DNA from: Spirochaetia bacterium
GTDB taxonomy: Bacteria > Spirochaetota > Spirochaetia > SZUA-6 > Bin103
Assembly: GCA_965199955.1 (NCBI GenBank)
Contig: CBDATQ010000001.1
Span: forward strand, 512,001 to 576,000
Direction of reading: 5' to 3'
DNA length: 64,000 nt
Below are positions 10,585 through 20,820 of the stretch, piece by piece. Every line of letters starts with the position of its first letter. The stretch's first letter is position 1. The position numbers and the translations under genes were made by a program. Below the pieces are notes generated by a model. That model was not told the DNA's origin, did no database searches, and saw only the letters and a list, made by a program, of their open reading frames with translations.

Positions 10585-12219
10585 CCCCGGATCCGTCCGC
10601 GGAGCTCCGGCCGTCCCCCCGCGGCGAGCGGCGGCTGCTCTACGTCAGCGATCCGTCGCTGATCGCCAGCCGCTACCTTCCGGACCCGGTCACGGAGGCG
10701 CACCTGCGCGACTGGATCGACGACGTCGCCGCGGCCGGCCCGGACCTGTTCATCCAGGAGGTGTACACGCAGGGCTGGACCACCTACTGGCGCAGCCCCG
10801 GCTTCGACTACGACGCGCGGCTTCAGCACCGTCGCTTCCTGCCGCTGCTGGATCAGGGCACGCAGCCGTTCGGGATTCTGCTCAGCCAGTGCCGGTCGCA
10901 CGGCATGGAGGTGATGGGCGGGTTCCGGATGAACGACAACCATACCGACTCGGTGCGGCAGGGAGTGGGCGCCGGCGCCGGTTTCATCGTCGACAACCCG
11001 CAGTTCCGGCTGCGGGACGCCCCGCCGGGCCCGACGTACCGCCTGAGCGAGCCGCTGGACTTCAGCTTTGCCGAGGTGCGCGCCTACGTGCTCAGCGTGA
11101 TCACGCGCTTCCTGGAGACGTTCGCCGTGGACGGCGTCGAGCTCTGCTTCCGCGATAACCGCTACTTCCCGCCGGGAACCGGCCCCGAGCGGGAGCACCT
11201 GATGACCGACCTGGTAAGGCAGGTGCGCGCGCTGCTCGACCGCACCGGGGCGGGGAAGCGGCTGCTGCTGGGGTGCCGCGTGCCGTCCACCATCGACGAG
11301 TGCCACGTGATGGGGCTCGACCTTCCCACCTGGGTCGGTGACGGGCTGGTGGACCACGTGGCGCCTCAGGACACGATGTACGCCGAGGCAAACATCCCCT
11401 ACGCCGAGTGGCGGGAGTTGACCGAGGGGGGGGCCGTGCCGGCTGTACCCGGCACTGATGAACTGGGCCAGCCACCGCTCGCGCCGGCGCATGGGCCAGC
11501 AGCCGATCACCCAGGACCATCGCCGCGCCCTGGCCACCAGCATGTACGCGCAGGGCGCGGACGGGATCTCGCTGTACAACCACTTCCTGGTGATGACCTG
11601 GTCGGGCGGCGACGAAGGCGACTGGACCTCCCGCGGCGTCGGCGCCCACGCTCCCTTCTACCCATTTGCCCTGCACGACATGGAGGACCTGCGCACCCCC
11701 GAGCTGGCGCTGCGGGGCCGCCGCCACTACGTGTTCGACCCCACCCTGGGCGGCCTGGGTGGGTTTGGGCCCGACCGCGCCGCCAGCGGCAAGGTCAAGG
11801 CGCAGCGGGCGGTGCTGCGACGCCCCGGCGGCGCCGCGTCGTATCGGTTCCGGCTGTACGAGGACCTGGAGAACGTGGCCGCGGCCATGCTGCTGTTCCG
11901 CGCATACCACCTGTCGCTCGCCGACACGCTCGCGGTGAGCCTGAACGGGCGCCCGGTGCCCGACCGCGGACTGCGGCGCCGTGACGACGAGGTGCGCATC
12001 GACCTGCGGCCAAGCGAGGTGCCGCCCGGCCCCGACGCTGAAGCGAGCCGTGCGGACACGCGTCCCTTCGTGACCTACTGGTTCCCGCTCACCGCCGATC
12101 TGACCGTGCGCGGCGAGAACAGCCTGGATCTGCGGCTTGAGCGCAGCGACCCCGCAGCGCAGGAAGCCGCGGTCGTCGAGGAGGTCGAGGTATACCTCGT
12201 CCCCCGCGCTGTCACATGA
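10581..12219 (+). pseudogene. glycoside-hydrolase-like TIM-barrel protein (GHL10/DUF187-like), frameshifted at G8 tract 11426-11433
   Basis: two frames together align end to end with intact paralogue 27306-28892 (YVSDPS, QGWTTYW, RMNDNH, LDF..EVR, CRLYP, ADGISLYNHF). Confidence 0.85.
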
Positions 12220-12237
12220 TGGCTCCGGGAGGATCGC

Positions 12238-13326
12238 ATGCCCCACATATCCTGGCAGAGAACGGTAGCCAGAGACGGCTGGCACAACATGGGCACCGAT
12301 CTCTGCTTCTGGCGAGATTGCTACTGGTTGGTGTACTCGCGTAACGCAGCGCACGTCTCTCCGGAGGGAACGATCGCCGTCATGCGGTCGCTCGACCTGA
12401 AGCGGTGGCACACCGTCACGATCATCGATTCAGGACTGAACGACCGTGATCCCAAGCTCCTTGCCACCGACGACAAACTCTTCGTGTATTTTTTTGGCTG
12501 CCGGTTCAGCGCCGCGGACGGCGAGCTGCGGCAAGTGGGGCACACCTACCTTTCCTCGAGCGAAAACGGCGTGAGCTGGACGGACCCGGTGCAGATCCAC
12601 AAGTCGAACTACTGGCTGTGGAGCATCAGGCAGCACCAGGGCGCCTTCTACTCTGCCGAGAAGGGCGGCGAGCTCCTGACCAGCTCCGACTGCCTGAACT
12701 GGAAGACGGTGAGCCGTATCCCTCTCGCCGAGGACGACGTCGTGGATCCGACCGATCCGACGTTCGATCCACGCACGGTGACGCACAAGCCCTGCAACTC
12801 CATCAGCGAAACGGACTTCATCTTTCGACCGGACGGCGAGCTCTGGTGCGTGTCGAGGACGAACCGCGAACCGGACGACTCGATCTTCTACTGGTCCAGA
12901 CCGCCGTATCGAGAGTGGGATTGGGTGGACCTGAAGACCAGGATCCACTGTCCGGCAATCTGCGAATGTGACGGAGTGTTGTACGTGGCCGGCAGGAGAA
13001 GCACGGACACCGCATGGAAGATTCAGCCGACGCCGGCGGGCAACACGGCGATGTTCGTGCTCGAGAAGGGGAAGGTCGAGCCGTTTCTGGCACTCGCAAG
13101 CGAAGGCGACGCGGCCTACCCTGGCCTGATCGCCACGGGGCCGCGCACGCTGGTGATGAGCTACTACTCACAGCATGCGTACCTGGGTGGCGTGGTGCCT
13201 GCCGACACGAATACGTCGGGCTATCTGCCGGAGTTGGACGACAGAGCGATGCGAATGACCGGCCCCGCCGACATCTTCCTCGCCGAGATCGACACCGAGG
13301 AGGAGGGCCGCGAGGTCCGATTCTAG
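12238..13326 (+). CDS. sialidase-like beta-propeller, class C
   Basis: HNMGTDL, NDRDPKL, SSENGVSW, WLWS, SETD, GDAAYPG, SYYSQH; paralogous to 19636 and 31775. Confidence 0.75.
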   Translation: MPHISWQRTVARDGWHNMGTDLCFWRDCYWLVYSRNAAHVSPEGTIAVMRSLDLKRWHTVTIIDSGLNDRDPKLLATDDKLFVYFFGCRFSAADGELRQVGHTYLSSSENGVSWTDPVQIHKSNYWLWSIRQHQGAFYSAEKGGELLTSSDCLNWKTVSRIPLAEDDVVDPTDPTFDPRTVTHKPCNSISETDFIFRPDGELWCVSRTNREPDDSIFYWSRPPYREWDWVDLKTRIHCPAICECDGVLYVAGRRSTDTAWKIQPTPAGNTAMFVLEKGKVEPFLALASEGDAAYPGLIATGPRTLVMSYYSQHAYLGGVVPADTNTSGYLPELDDRAMRMTGPADIFLAEIDTEEEGREVRF

Positions 13327-13486
13327 CCTCGGCGAGGCGGAGTGGGTGAGCGGCCGCACGGCGATGCCGCTGGTTGACATGCCCGCCGGCACGCGCAACC
13401 CTCCATTATCGGCGCGATTGACGCGTCGCTTGAGGATCGCCGCGACCGCGGGACCAAAATCGCGGTCGCGCACAAAGGAGAAGACG

Positions 13487-15325
13487 GTGGTAACACGCAG
13501 ACTCTGGTCTCTCGCAACGCTCGCCACGGGGCTGACGCTCCTCGCCGCCACGCACGGCGTGGCCGAGTATCAGGAATCGCCGATGCTGGCGGAGATGGTA
13601 GCCAACGGAGAGCTGCCACCCGTGGAGGAACGCGTGTCGAACAACCCGTTCGTGCGCGAGGTCCACAGCGAGATCGGCACGTACGGCGGCACGTTTCTCG
13701 GCGTCGACCAGGGCAAGCCGAGCATCGGCTGGCTGAACCTGGCCGGCTACAACACGGAGGGCGGCGGCATCGCCTTCGACATCCCGTTCGACGTCCACCA
13801 GTGGGTCGAGGACGGCATGCACCTGGGCGCGGACACGCTCAATCCCTTCTACTTCGAGAGCTACACGATCAACGACGACTTCACCGTGTTCGAGGGGACG
13901 ATCCGAGAGAACGCGCGCTGGTCGGACGGCGAGCCGTTCACCGCCGAGGACATCGCCTGGGTCTACAACATGGTCCACATCCACCCGGAGGTGAACCAGA
14001 TTCCGCGATGGTTCGCTCAGATCGGCGACGACGTGGTCCAGGTAGAGGCGATCAGCGATCGCACGGTGCGCTTCACGTCGCCGGTGCCGCATCCGCTGAT
14101 GCACATGTGGATCCTGGCCGAGAGCACCCATGCCAAGCACTGGCTCGAGGACTACCACCCGGAGGTGAACTCCGACCGGAGCTACGAGGACCTGCATCGC
14201 CGCATGAACCGGGAGGAGCATCCCCAGCAGCCGTGGCTCGGCCCGTGGGTGCTGGAGAGCTATGACCCGGCCACCAAGCTGGTCGCGGTGAGGAATCCCT
14301 ACTATCCCGTGGTCGACACGGAGGGGAATCAGCTTCCCTACATCGATCGCATCGAGCGGCGCTCGGTGGCGAACAAGGAGGCGGCCATCCTGGCGATGGT
14401 CCAGGGCGAGGTGACCGCGCAGCAGGGACTCATCGCGCTGTCCGACCTGCAGGTTCTGCGCGAGGGCCAGTCGCGCGGTGACTACACCATCGACATGTGG
14501 ACGGGCGGCGCCCGGCAGGGGTGGGTCAACCTCATTGTCGAGCCGACCGATGAGAAGCTGGCCAAGTACATCCGGGAGATCGACTTCCGTCGGGCGCTGT
14601 CGCTGGCTCTGAACCGCGACGAGATGAACGACACCCTGTTCTTCGGACTGGGTGAGACCGCGGGCACGGTCGTGTCGCCGAACTCGGTGTTCTACGACCC
14701 GCGGATGGACACGTACGCCGAGTACGATCCCGACCGCGCGCGCAGCCTCCTGGAAGGCCTCGGCCTGAAGGACAGCAACGGCGACGGCCTGCTCGAGTAT
14801 CCGGAGGGCGGCAACGTGACGATGGTGCTCGACGTGCACTCGGGGGTACCCGACACGATCCCGCCGTCCGAGCTGATCGTCGGCTACTGGAAGGAGATCG
14901 GCATCGACGCCACCATGGACGTCCTGGCCGGTTCGGGCTGGGCCGCGCGCTGCGGCGGCGACGGAGAGGCCATCATGTGGGTCGGCCCGTCGTTCGAGCC
15001 GTACCTGCCGAACACCTTCCTGGGGCGCCAGTTCAGCCCGCTGTCGCACATGTGCGGGCACGGCCTGGTGGACCCGCCGCAGGAGTACAAGGACATCTGG
15101 GAGCTGGAGCAGGAGCTGACCTCGGAGCTCGACGCGGAGCGGTTCGTCGAGCTGGTCAAGGACTTCTACGTCATGATGGGCGAGGACGTGCTGTTTCAGA
15201 TCGCCCACATCGCCGAGGTTCCGATTCCGGTGCTGCGCAGCAACAAGATCGGCAACATGCCCGAGACGGGCGTGAAGCTGAAGGGAATCATGTCCGCGCA
15301 CCTGGATCAGTTCTACTTCAAGTAG
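13487..15325 (+). CDS. ABC transporter substrate-binding protein, family 5
   Basis: AAAGGAG RBS then GTG 13487; signal peptide; QESPMLAEMVANGELPPVEER, WSDGEPFTAED, RNPYY, FRRALSLALNR. Confidence 0.92.
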   Translation: MVTRRLWSLATLATGLTLLAATHGVAEYQESPMLAEMVANGELPPVEERVSNNPFVREVHSEIGTYGGTFLGVDQGKPSIGWLNLAGYNTEGGGIAFDIPFDVHQWVEDGMHLGADTLNPFYFESYTINDDFTVFEGTIRENARWSDGEPFTAEDIAWVYNMVHIHPEVNQIPRWFAQIGDDVVQVEAISDRTVRFTSPVPHPLMHMWILAESTHAKHWLEDYHPEVNSDRSYEDLHRRMNREEHPQQPWLGPWVLESYDPATKLVAVRNPYYPVVDTEGNQLPYIDRIERRSVANKEAAILAMVQGEVTAQQGLIALSDLQVLREGQSRGDYTIDMWTGGARQGWVNLIVEPTDEKLAKYIREIDFRRALSLALNRDEMNDTLFFGLGETAGTVVSPNSVFYDPRMDTYAEYDPDRARSLLEGLGLKDSNGDGLLEYPEGGNVTMVLDVHSGVPDTIPPSELIVGYWKEIGIDATMDVLAGSGWAARCGGDGEAIMWVGPSFEPYLPNTFLGRQFSPLSHMCGHGLVDPPQEYKDIWELEQELTSELDAERFVELVKDFYVMMGEDVLFQIAHIAEVPIPVLRSNKIGNMPETGVKLKGIMSAHLDQFYFK

Positions 15326-15362
15326 GCCTTGGCAGATCCGATCGCAGGAGGCTGATCCTTTA

Positions 15363-15395
15363 GGGACTGGCGGGTTCTCCCGTCAGTCCCTTTTT
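15363..15395 (+). terminator. intrinsic terminator-like hairpin with T tract after SBP gene
   Basis: GGGACTGGCGGG-ttct-CCCGTCAGTCCC-TTTTT (12 bp, one G:U). Confidence 0.8.
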
Positions 15396-15431
15396 GACTA
15401 GGCGCCATTCGACCAAGCCCCATTTGAACCC

Positions 15432-16430
15432 ATGACGGCATTCATCATCCGCCGGGTGCTGACCATGATCGTGTCGTTCTTCCTGATCTCGATCGTGGTC
15501 TTCATCACCATCCAGTTGCCGCCGGGGGACTACGCGTCGAACCTGATCGCGCTCGCCGCAGGCACCGACGCGCGGGTGATCAACGCTCAGGCGGCCGAGG
15601 AGTTGGCGGCCAACATCAGGGCGCGCTTCGGCCTGGACAGGCCTCAGTGGCAGCAATACCTGTTCTGGATCGGCAACTTCATGCGCGGCGACTTCGGCTT
15701 GTCGCTGGAGACGTTTCTGCCGGTCCGGGAGATGCTGGAGGACCGGCTCCTGATCAGTTTCGGCCTGTCGCTCATCACGCTGCTGTTCACTTGGGCGATC
15801 GGCATTCCGATCGGCATCTACACCGCCACGCACAAGAACACCCTGGGCGATCACGCGGCGACCCTGGCCGGCTTCATCGGCCTGTCGATCCCGAACTTCT
15901 TCCTGGCCCTGGTCCTGATGGTGTTCGCGCTGTTCGCGCTCGACCTCCCGGTGGGGAGGTTGCTCTCCGCGGAGTACGAAGATGCGCCGTGGAGCCTGGG
16001 CAAGCTGTGGGACCTGGCCAGGAACCTGTGGATTCCGATCATCGTCATCGGCACCGCGGGCACGGCCAGCACGATTCGCATCATGCGCGGCAACCTGCTG
16101 GAGGTGCTGGAACAGCCGCACGTGACCACCGCCCGCTCCAAGGGCATCGCCGAGCCGGTGGTCATCAGGCGTCACAGCGTCCGCATCGCGTTCAACCCGT
16201 TCATCAGCGCCCTGGGCCTGTCGCTGCCGGCCATGCTGTCGGGAGAGACGATCACCTCGATCGTGCTGAATCTGCCCACCGCCGGACCGTTGCTGTTCAG
16301 GGCGCTCCTGCAGGAGGACGTGTACCTGGCGGGGAGCATCCTGCAGTTCTTCGGGATCTTCCTGCTGCTGGGCAACCTCATCGCCGACATCGCGCTGGCG
16401 TGGCTCGACCCGCGGATCCGTTATGACTGA
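15432..16430 (+). CDS. ABC transporter permease (OppB-like)
   Basis: paralogue of 8464-9462; TARSKG loop; DPRIRY end. Confidence 0.92.
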   Translation: MTAFIIRRVLTMIVSFFLISIVVFITIQLPPGDYASNLIALAAGTDARVINAQAAEELAANIRARFGLDRPQWQQYLFWIGNFMRGDFGLSLETFLPVREMLEDRLLISFGLSLITLLFTWAIGIPIGIYTATHKNTLGDHAATLAGFIGLSIPNFFLALVLMVFALFALDLPVGRLLSAEYEDAPWSLGKLWDLARNLWIPIIVIGTAGTASTIRIMRGNLLEVLEQPHVTTARSKGIAEPVVIRRHSVRIAFNPFISALGLSLPAMLSGETITSIVLNLPTAGPLLFRALLQEDVYLAGSILQFFGIFLLLGNLIADIALAWLDPRIRYD

Positions 16431-16439
16431 GGGCCTGTC

Positions 16440-17561
16440 ATGAGCACCCACGCGATCGGTTTCGAGGACACCGCCGCTCTGGAAACGGAGCAGCGAACGC
16501 CCCGGCAGCTTGCCTGGAGGAGGTTCCGCAAGAACCGACTGGCGGTCGCGAGCGCGGTGGTCATCGCGCTGTTCTACCTGATGGCGCTCTTCGCGCCGTT
16601 CCTGAGCCCCTATCACCACGACGAGAAGTTCACGAAGCTGCGCTTCGCACCTCCGCAGCGGGTCCACTTCTTCGACGAGGACGGACGCCTCAGCAGGCCC
16701 TTCACGTACGCCCTCAAGCAGCAGCTGGACCTGGAGACCTTCGCGCTCACCTACCAGGAGCAGAAGGACACCAAGTACCACGTGCGGTTCTTCGTGCGCG
16801 GGGATCCCTACCGTTGGCTCGGCATCTTCCCGATGGAGCGCCACCTGTTCGGGGTAGAAGAGGGCGGCTCGATCTTCCTGTTCGGAACCGACACCCTGGG
16901 CCGGGACCTGCTGTCCCGCATCCTGATCGGATCGCAGGTGAGCCTGAGCGTACCGCTGGTGGGGACGCTGGTGACGATCATCATAGGCACGATCCTCGGC
17001 ATCGCTTCCGGCTACTTCGGCCGCATGATCGACCACGCGTTGCAACGGTTCATCGAGGTGCTGATCTCGTTCCCCCGGGTGCCGCTGTGGCTGGCGTTCT
17101 CGGCCGCCATTCCCGCCACCTGGCCCTCGGGGTGGGTGTACATGGGGATCGTGGTGGCGATATCCCTGATCGGCTGGGGCGGCCTGGCGCGCGTCGTGCG
17201 CGGGAAGGTGCTGGCGTATCGCAACGAGGAGTACGTCCTGGCGGCCGAGGGCGTCGGCGCCGGCACGTGGCGGATCATCACCAAGCACCTGCTGCCGGGC
17301 TCGCTGAGTCACATCATCGTCGTGGCGACGCTGTCGGTGCCCGAACTCATCCTGGCGGAGAGCAGCCTGAGCTTCCTGGGCGTCGGCGTCACGCCGCCCA
17401 TGACGAGCTGGGGCATCCTGCTGCAGGGGGCGCAAAGCGTGCAGGCGTTGCTGCACCAGCCGTGGCTCGGCCTGCCGGCGATCTACATCATCGTCATCGT
17501 GCTGGCCTTCAACTTCCTGGGCGACGGCGTCCGCGACGCCGCCGATCCGTTTGCCACATGA
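16440..17561 (+). CDS. ABC transporter permease (OppC-like)
   Basis: WRRFRKNRLA, GTDTLGRD, ESSLSFLG, GDGVRDAADP. Confidence 0.92.
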   Translation: MSTHAIGFEDTAALETEQRTPRQLAWRRFRKNRLAVASAVVIALFYLMALFAPFLSPYHHDEKFTKLRFAPPQRVHFFDEDGRLSRPFTYALKQQLDLETFALTYQEQKDTKYHVRFFVRGDPYRWLGIFPMERHLFGVEEGGSIFLFGTDTLGRDLLSRILIGSQVSLSVPLVGTLVTIIIGTILGIASGYFGRMIDHALQRFIEVLISFPRVPLWLAFSAAIPATWPSGWVYMGIVVAISLIGWGGLARVVRGKVLAYRNEEYVLAAEGVGAGTWRIITKHLLPGSLSHIIVVATLSVPELILAESSLSFLGVGVTPPMTSWGILLQGAQSVQALLHQPWLGLPAIYIIVIVLAFNFLGDGVRDAADPFAT

Positions 17562-17571
17562 GCGCTGCCAC

Positions 17572-18573
17572 ATGAACGACGCGCTGCTCCGGGTGAGCGA
17601 CCTCCGGACCTACTTCCACACCGACGACGGCGTCGTGCGGGCGGTGGACGGCGTGAGCTTCAGCGTAGCCGCGAACCAGACGCTGGGGGTGGTGGGAGAG
17701 AGCGGCTGCGGCAAGAGCGTCACCGCGCTGAGCGTGTTGCGGCTGGTCAAGAGCCCGCCCGGCAAGCTGGAAAGCGGTTCCATGGTGCTCGAGACCGAAC
17801 GGGGCCCGGTCGATCTGGCCAGGCTGCCGCAGCGCGGACGGCGCATCCGTGCCATCCGCGGCCGGGACGTGTCCATGATCTTTCAGGAGCCGATGCGGGC
17901 GCTGACCCCGGTCTACACCATCGGCTTCCAGATCAGGGAGGCCCTGCAGGAGCACACCGGCATGGGCGCCGAGGAGGCGACCTCCACGGCGGTGGAGATG
18001 CTGCGCGCGGTGGGCATGCCCGATCCGGTGCAGCGCATGAACACCTACCCGCACCAGCTCTCGGGTGGCATGCGGCAGCGGGTCATGATCGCGATGGCCC
18101 TGGTCTGCAGGCCGAAGCTGCTGATCGCCGACGAGCCGACCACCGCTCTCGACGTCACCATCGAGGCGCAGATCCTGGCGCTGCTGAAGCGGCTGCAGGA
18201 GCAGTTCCACATGGCCATCCTGTTCATCACCCACGACCTGGGGGTGATCGCGAAGATGGCCGACGCCGTGATGGTGATGTACCTGGGTCAGGTGATGGAA
18301 CGGGCGCCGGTGCGCGATCTGTTCCACGATCCGCGGCACCCCTACACGCAGGCGCTGTTCCGCTCGATCCCCTCCATGGCCGAGGAGCCGAAGCAGCGGC
18401 TGGCGGTCATCCAGGGCTCGGTTCCGCATCCGTTGACCCACAGTACCGGCTGCCCCTTCGCGCCCCGCTGCGATCACGCTGGCGACCGGTGCGCGCAGAA
18501 GCCGCCGGAGTTCGAGGTCGGAGCGGGGCACACGGTGGCGTGCTGGCTTCACGAGGGGTCAGGCGAGGAGTAG
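17572..18573 (+). CDS. ABC transporter ATP-binding subunit (OppD-like)
   Basis: [31 protein letters not shown]. Confidence 0.93.
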   Translation: MNDALLRVSDLRTYFHTDDGVVRAVDGVSFSVAANQTLGVVGESGCGKSVTALSVLRLVKSPPGKLESGSMVLETERGPVDLARLPQRGRRIRAIRGRDVSMIFQEPMRALTPVYTIGFQIREALQEHTGMGAEEATSTAVEMLRAVGMPDPVQRMNTYPHQLSGGMRQRVMIAMALVCRPKLLIADEPTTALDVTIEAQILALLKRLQEQFHMAILFITHDLGVIAKMADAVMVMYLGQVMERAPVRDLFHDPRHPYTQALFRSIPSMAEEPKQRLAVIQGSVPHPLTHSTGCPFAPRCDHAGDRCAQKPPEFEVGAGHTVACWLHEGSGEE

Positions 18574-18575
18574 GC

Positions 18576-19643
18576 GTGGCCGAAGCACCCGATCTGCTGA
18601 CCGTCGAGAACCTGCGGAAGCACTTCCCGATCGAGAAGGGGCTGTTGCGCCGCACCGTTGGACAGGTCAAGGCCGTGGACGGCGTCAGCTTCTCCGTGCG
18701 GAAGGGCGAGACCCTGGGACTGGTCGGTGAGAGCGGCTGCGGCAAGACCACCGCCGGCAGGGTGGCCGCGGGTCTCGCGAGGCCGTCCGGAGGCGCGGTG
18801 ACCTTTCACTCCAACGGAGAGCGTATCGACGTTCACGCCCTGAGCCGCCAGGAGCTCAGAGCGTTCCGGCGCCACGTGCAGGTGGTGTTCCAGGATCCGT
18901 ATTCCTCGCTCAACCCCTACCTGCGCGTGATCGAGATCGTCGGCGAGCCGCTGGAGGTGCAGGAAGGGATTCGCGGTCCGGCGCTGCGCAAGGAGGTGGA
19001 GCCTCTGCTGGAGGCGGTGGGGTTGCGGCCGGCGTACGCGGACCGGTTCCCGCACGAGTTCTCGGGCGGTCAGCGGCAGCGGATCAGCCTTGCCCGGGCG
19101 CTGGCGCTGAAGCCGCAACTGGTCGTCGCCGACGAGCCGGTGTCGGCCCTCGACGTGTCGGTGCAGGCGCAGATCCTCAATCTGATGATCGAGCTGCAGC
19201 GCCGCTTTGCGCTGAGCTACCTGTTCATCGCCCACGATCTGAGCGTGGTCCGCTACATCAGCGACCGCGTCGCCGTGATGTACCTGGGACGCATCGTCGA
19301 GACCGGAACCGCGGAGGCGGTGTTCCGCAATCCCCGTCACCCCTATACGGAGGCGCTGCTGTCGGCGTTCCCGGCTCCCGACCCTGACGATACCGAAGAG
19401 CGCATCGTCCTGGAGGGCGACGTGCCGAGCGCGTCCAACCCGCCGGCTGGCTGCGCGTTTCATACTCGCTGTCCGTATGCGGCCGACGCCTGCAGCCAGG
19501 ATGTGCCGCAACTTGAGGAGGTTGCCGTGGAACAGATGAGCGCGTGCATACGCGCGGCCGAACTGCAGTTGCAGGGGCGGACGATCACCAGGCCGCCGTG
19601 GGCGAGCGCGGAGGCCGGCGAGACCGGAGATGGATATGCGTAA
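18576..19643 (+). CDS. ABC transporter ATP-binding subunit (OppF-like)
   Basis: GESGCGKT, FSGGQRQR, DEPVSALD; GAGGAG RBS before GTG 18576. Confidence 0.93.
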   Translation: MAEAPDLLTVENLRKHFPIEKGLLRRTVGQVKAVDGVSFSVRKGETLGLVGESGCGKTTAGRVAAGLARPSGGAVTFHSNGERIDVHALSRQELRAFRRHVQVVFQDPYSSLNPYLRVIEIVGEPLEVQEGIRGPALRKEVEPLLEAVGLRPAYADRFPHEFSGGQRQRISLARALALKPQLVVADEPVSALDVSVQAQILNLMIELQRRFALSYLFIAHDLSVVRYISDRVAVMYLGRIVETGTAEAVFRNPRHPYTEALLSAFPAPDPDDTEERIVLEGDVPSASNPPAGCAFHTRCPYAADACSQDVPQLEEVAVEQMSACIRAAELQLQGRTITRPPWASAEAGETGDGYA

Positions 19644-20553
19644 GGAACCGCACCTGGTCTCGGTCAAGCGGATCTGGGACCGGGCGCCGCACAGCGCCTT
19701 CACCGACCTGCTCCGCCACCGCGGCCGCTGGTGGTGCACGTTCCGGGAGGCTCCGGATCACGGCAGGAGCATCGGCACGCTCCGGATCCTGGTCTCCGAT
19801 GACGGCACGGCGTGGAGCAGTGCCGCCGAGGTCGTGGAGGAGGGGATCGACCTGCGCGATCCGAAGCTGTCGGTCATGCCGGACGGACGGATGCTGCTGC
19901 TGGCCGGCGGCTCGGTCTTCCGGGGCCCGACCTATCTCACCCGCTCGCCCCGCGTGTCCTTCTCCGACGACGGGATCTCCTGGAGCGCGCCCGCCCGCGT
20001 GCTGGCCGAGGACCACTGGCTGTGGCGGGTGACGTGGCACGACGAGGTCGGCTACTCGGTCTCGAAGCTGGGGGAGGCGAGCAATCCGCGCCGCGGGTTC
20101 CTGTACACGACCCGCGACGGCCTGGAGTGGCGGTGGGTGACGGAGCTGCGCCCGCCCGACGGGAGCTGGACGGTGAGCGAGACCACCCTGCGCATCATGC
20201 CCGACGGCGAGATGATCGCCTTGATCCGGCCTGACTGGATCGGCAGTAGCCGGCCGCCCTACACCGAGTGGTCTTTCGCGCACCTGCAGCAGAGCCTGGG
20301 CGGCCCCAACTTCATCCGCCTGCCGAACGGCGATCTGTGGGCCGGCGCCCGCTGCAGCGACGCCGCGGGAACGCCGGTCACCGCGCTGGCCAGGATGAGC
20401 CGCGAAGCCTTCGACGTGGCGCTGGCGCTGCCCAGCGGCGGAGACAACTCCTACCCCGGCATGGTCTGGCACCAGGAGCGGCTGTGGGTCAGCTACTACT
20501 CGTCACACGAAGGCAAGGCGAGTATCTACATCGCCCAGGTGAGCCTGGGCTGA
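19636..20553 (+). CDS. exo-alpha-sialidase-like beta-propeller, class C
   Basis: HSAFTDL, SDDGTAW, DLRDPKL, SDDGISW, WLWRV, SETT, GDNSYPG, SYYSSHE. Confidence 0.8.
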   Translation: MRKEPHLVSVKRIWDRAPHSAFTDLLRHRGRWWCTFREAPDHGRSIGTLRILVSDDGTAWSSAAEVVEEGIDLRDPKLSVMPDGRMLLLAGGSVFRGPTYLTRSPRVSFSDDGISWSAPARVLAEDHWLWRVTWHDEVGYSVSKLGEASNPRRGFLYTTRDGLEWRWVTELRPPDGSWTVSETTLRIMPDGEMIALIRPDWIGSSRPPYTEWSFAHLQQSLGGPNFIRLPNGDLWAGARCSDAAGTPVTALARMSREAFDVALALPSGGDNSYPGMVWHQERLWVSYYSSHEGKASIYIAQVSLG

Positions 20554-20578
20554 CGCGCTACCCGCAGCCGTCAGAACG

Positions 20579-20820
20579 ATGAACAGCGTTACGGTCGCAA
20601 GCGTCCAGTTCGACGGTGTGCCGGGCCACGTCGACGCGAATCTCGGCCGCATGGTGCAGCTCATCGACGACGCGGCAGCGCGGGGAGCGGAGCTCGTCGC
20701 GTTCCCGGAGGTAGCCGCGTCCGACTACTTCGGGACCGACTTCGCTTCGCTGGCGAGCCCCGTGCCGGGCAATCAGTTCGCGGTACTGGCGCGGGCGGCC
20801 GCGCGCTGCGGGGTCGTATC
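20579..20820 (+). pseudogene. carbon-nitrogen hydrolase (nitrilase family) N-terminal fragment
   Basis: VASVQF..NLGRM..AAARGAELVAFPE; similarity ends after about 80 codons, catalytic Lys and Cys regions missing. Confidence 0.75.

Noticed and set aside
13374..13409. TTGACA-based sigma70 promoters upstream of the SBP genes (also 6435-6440)
   Set aside because: Perfect -35 hexamers, but no convincing -10 at 16-18 nt spacing
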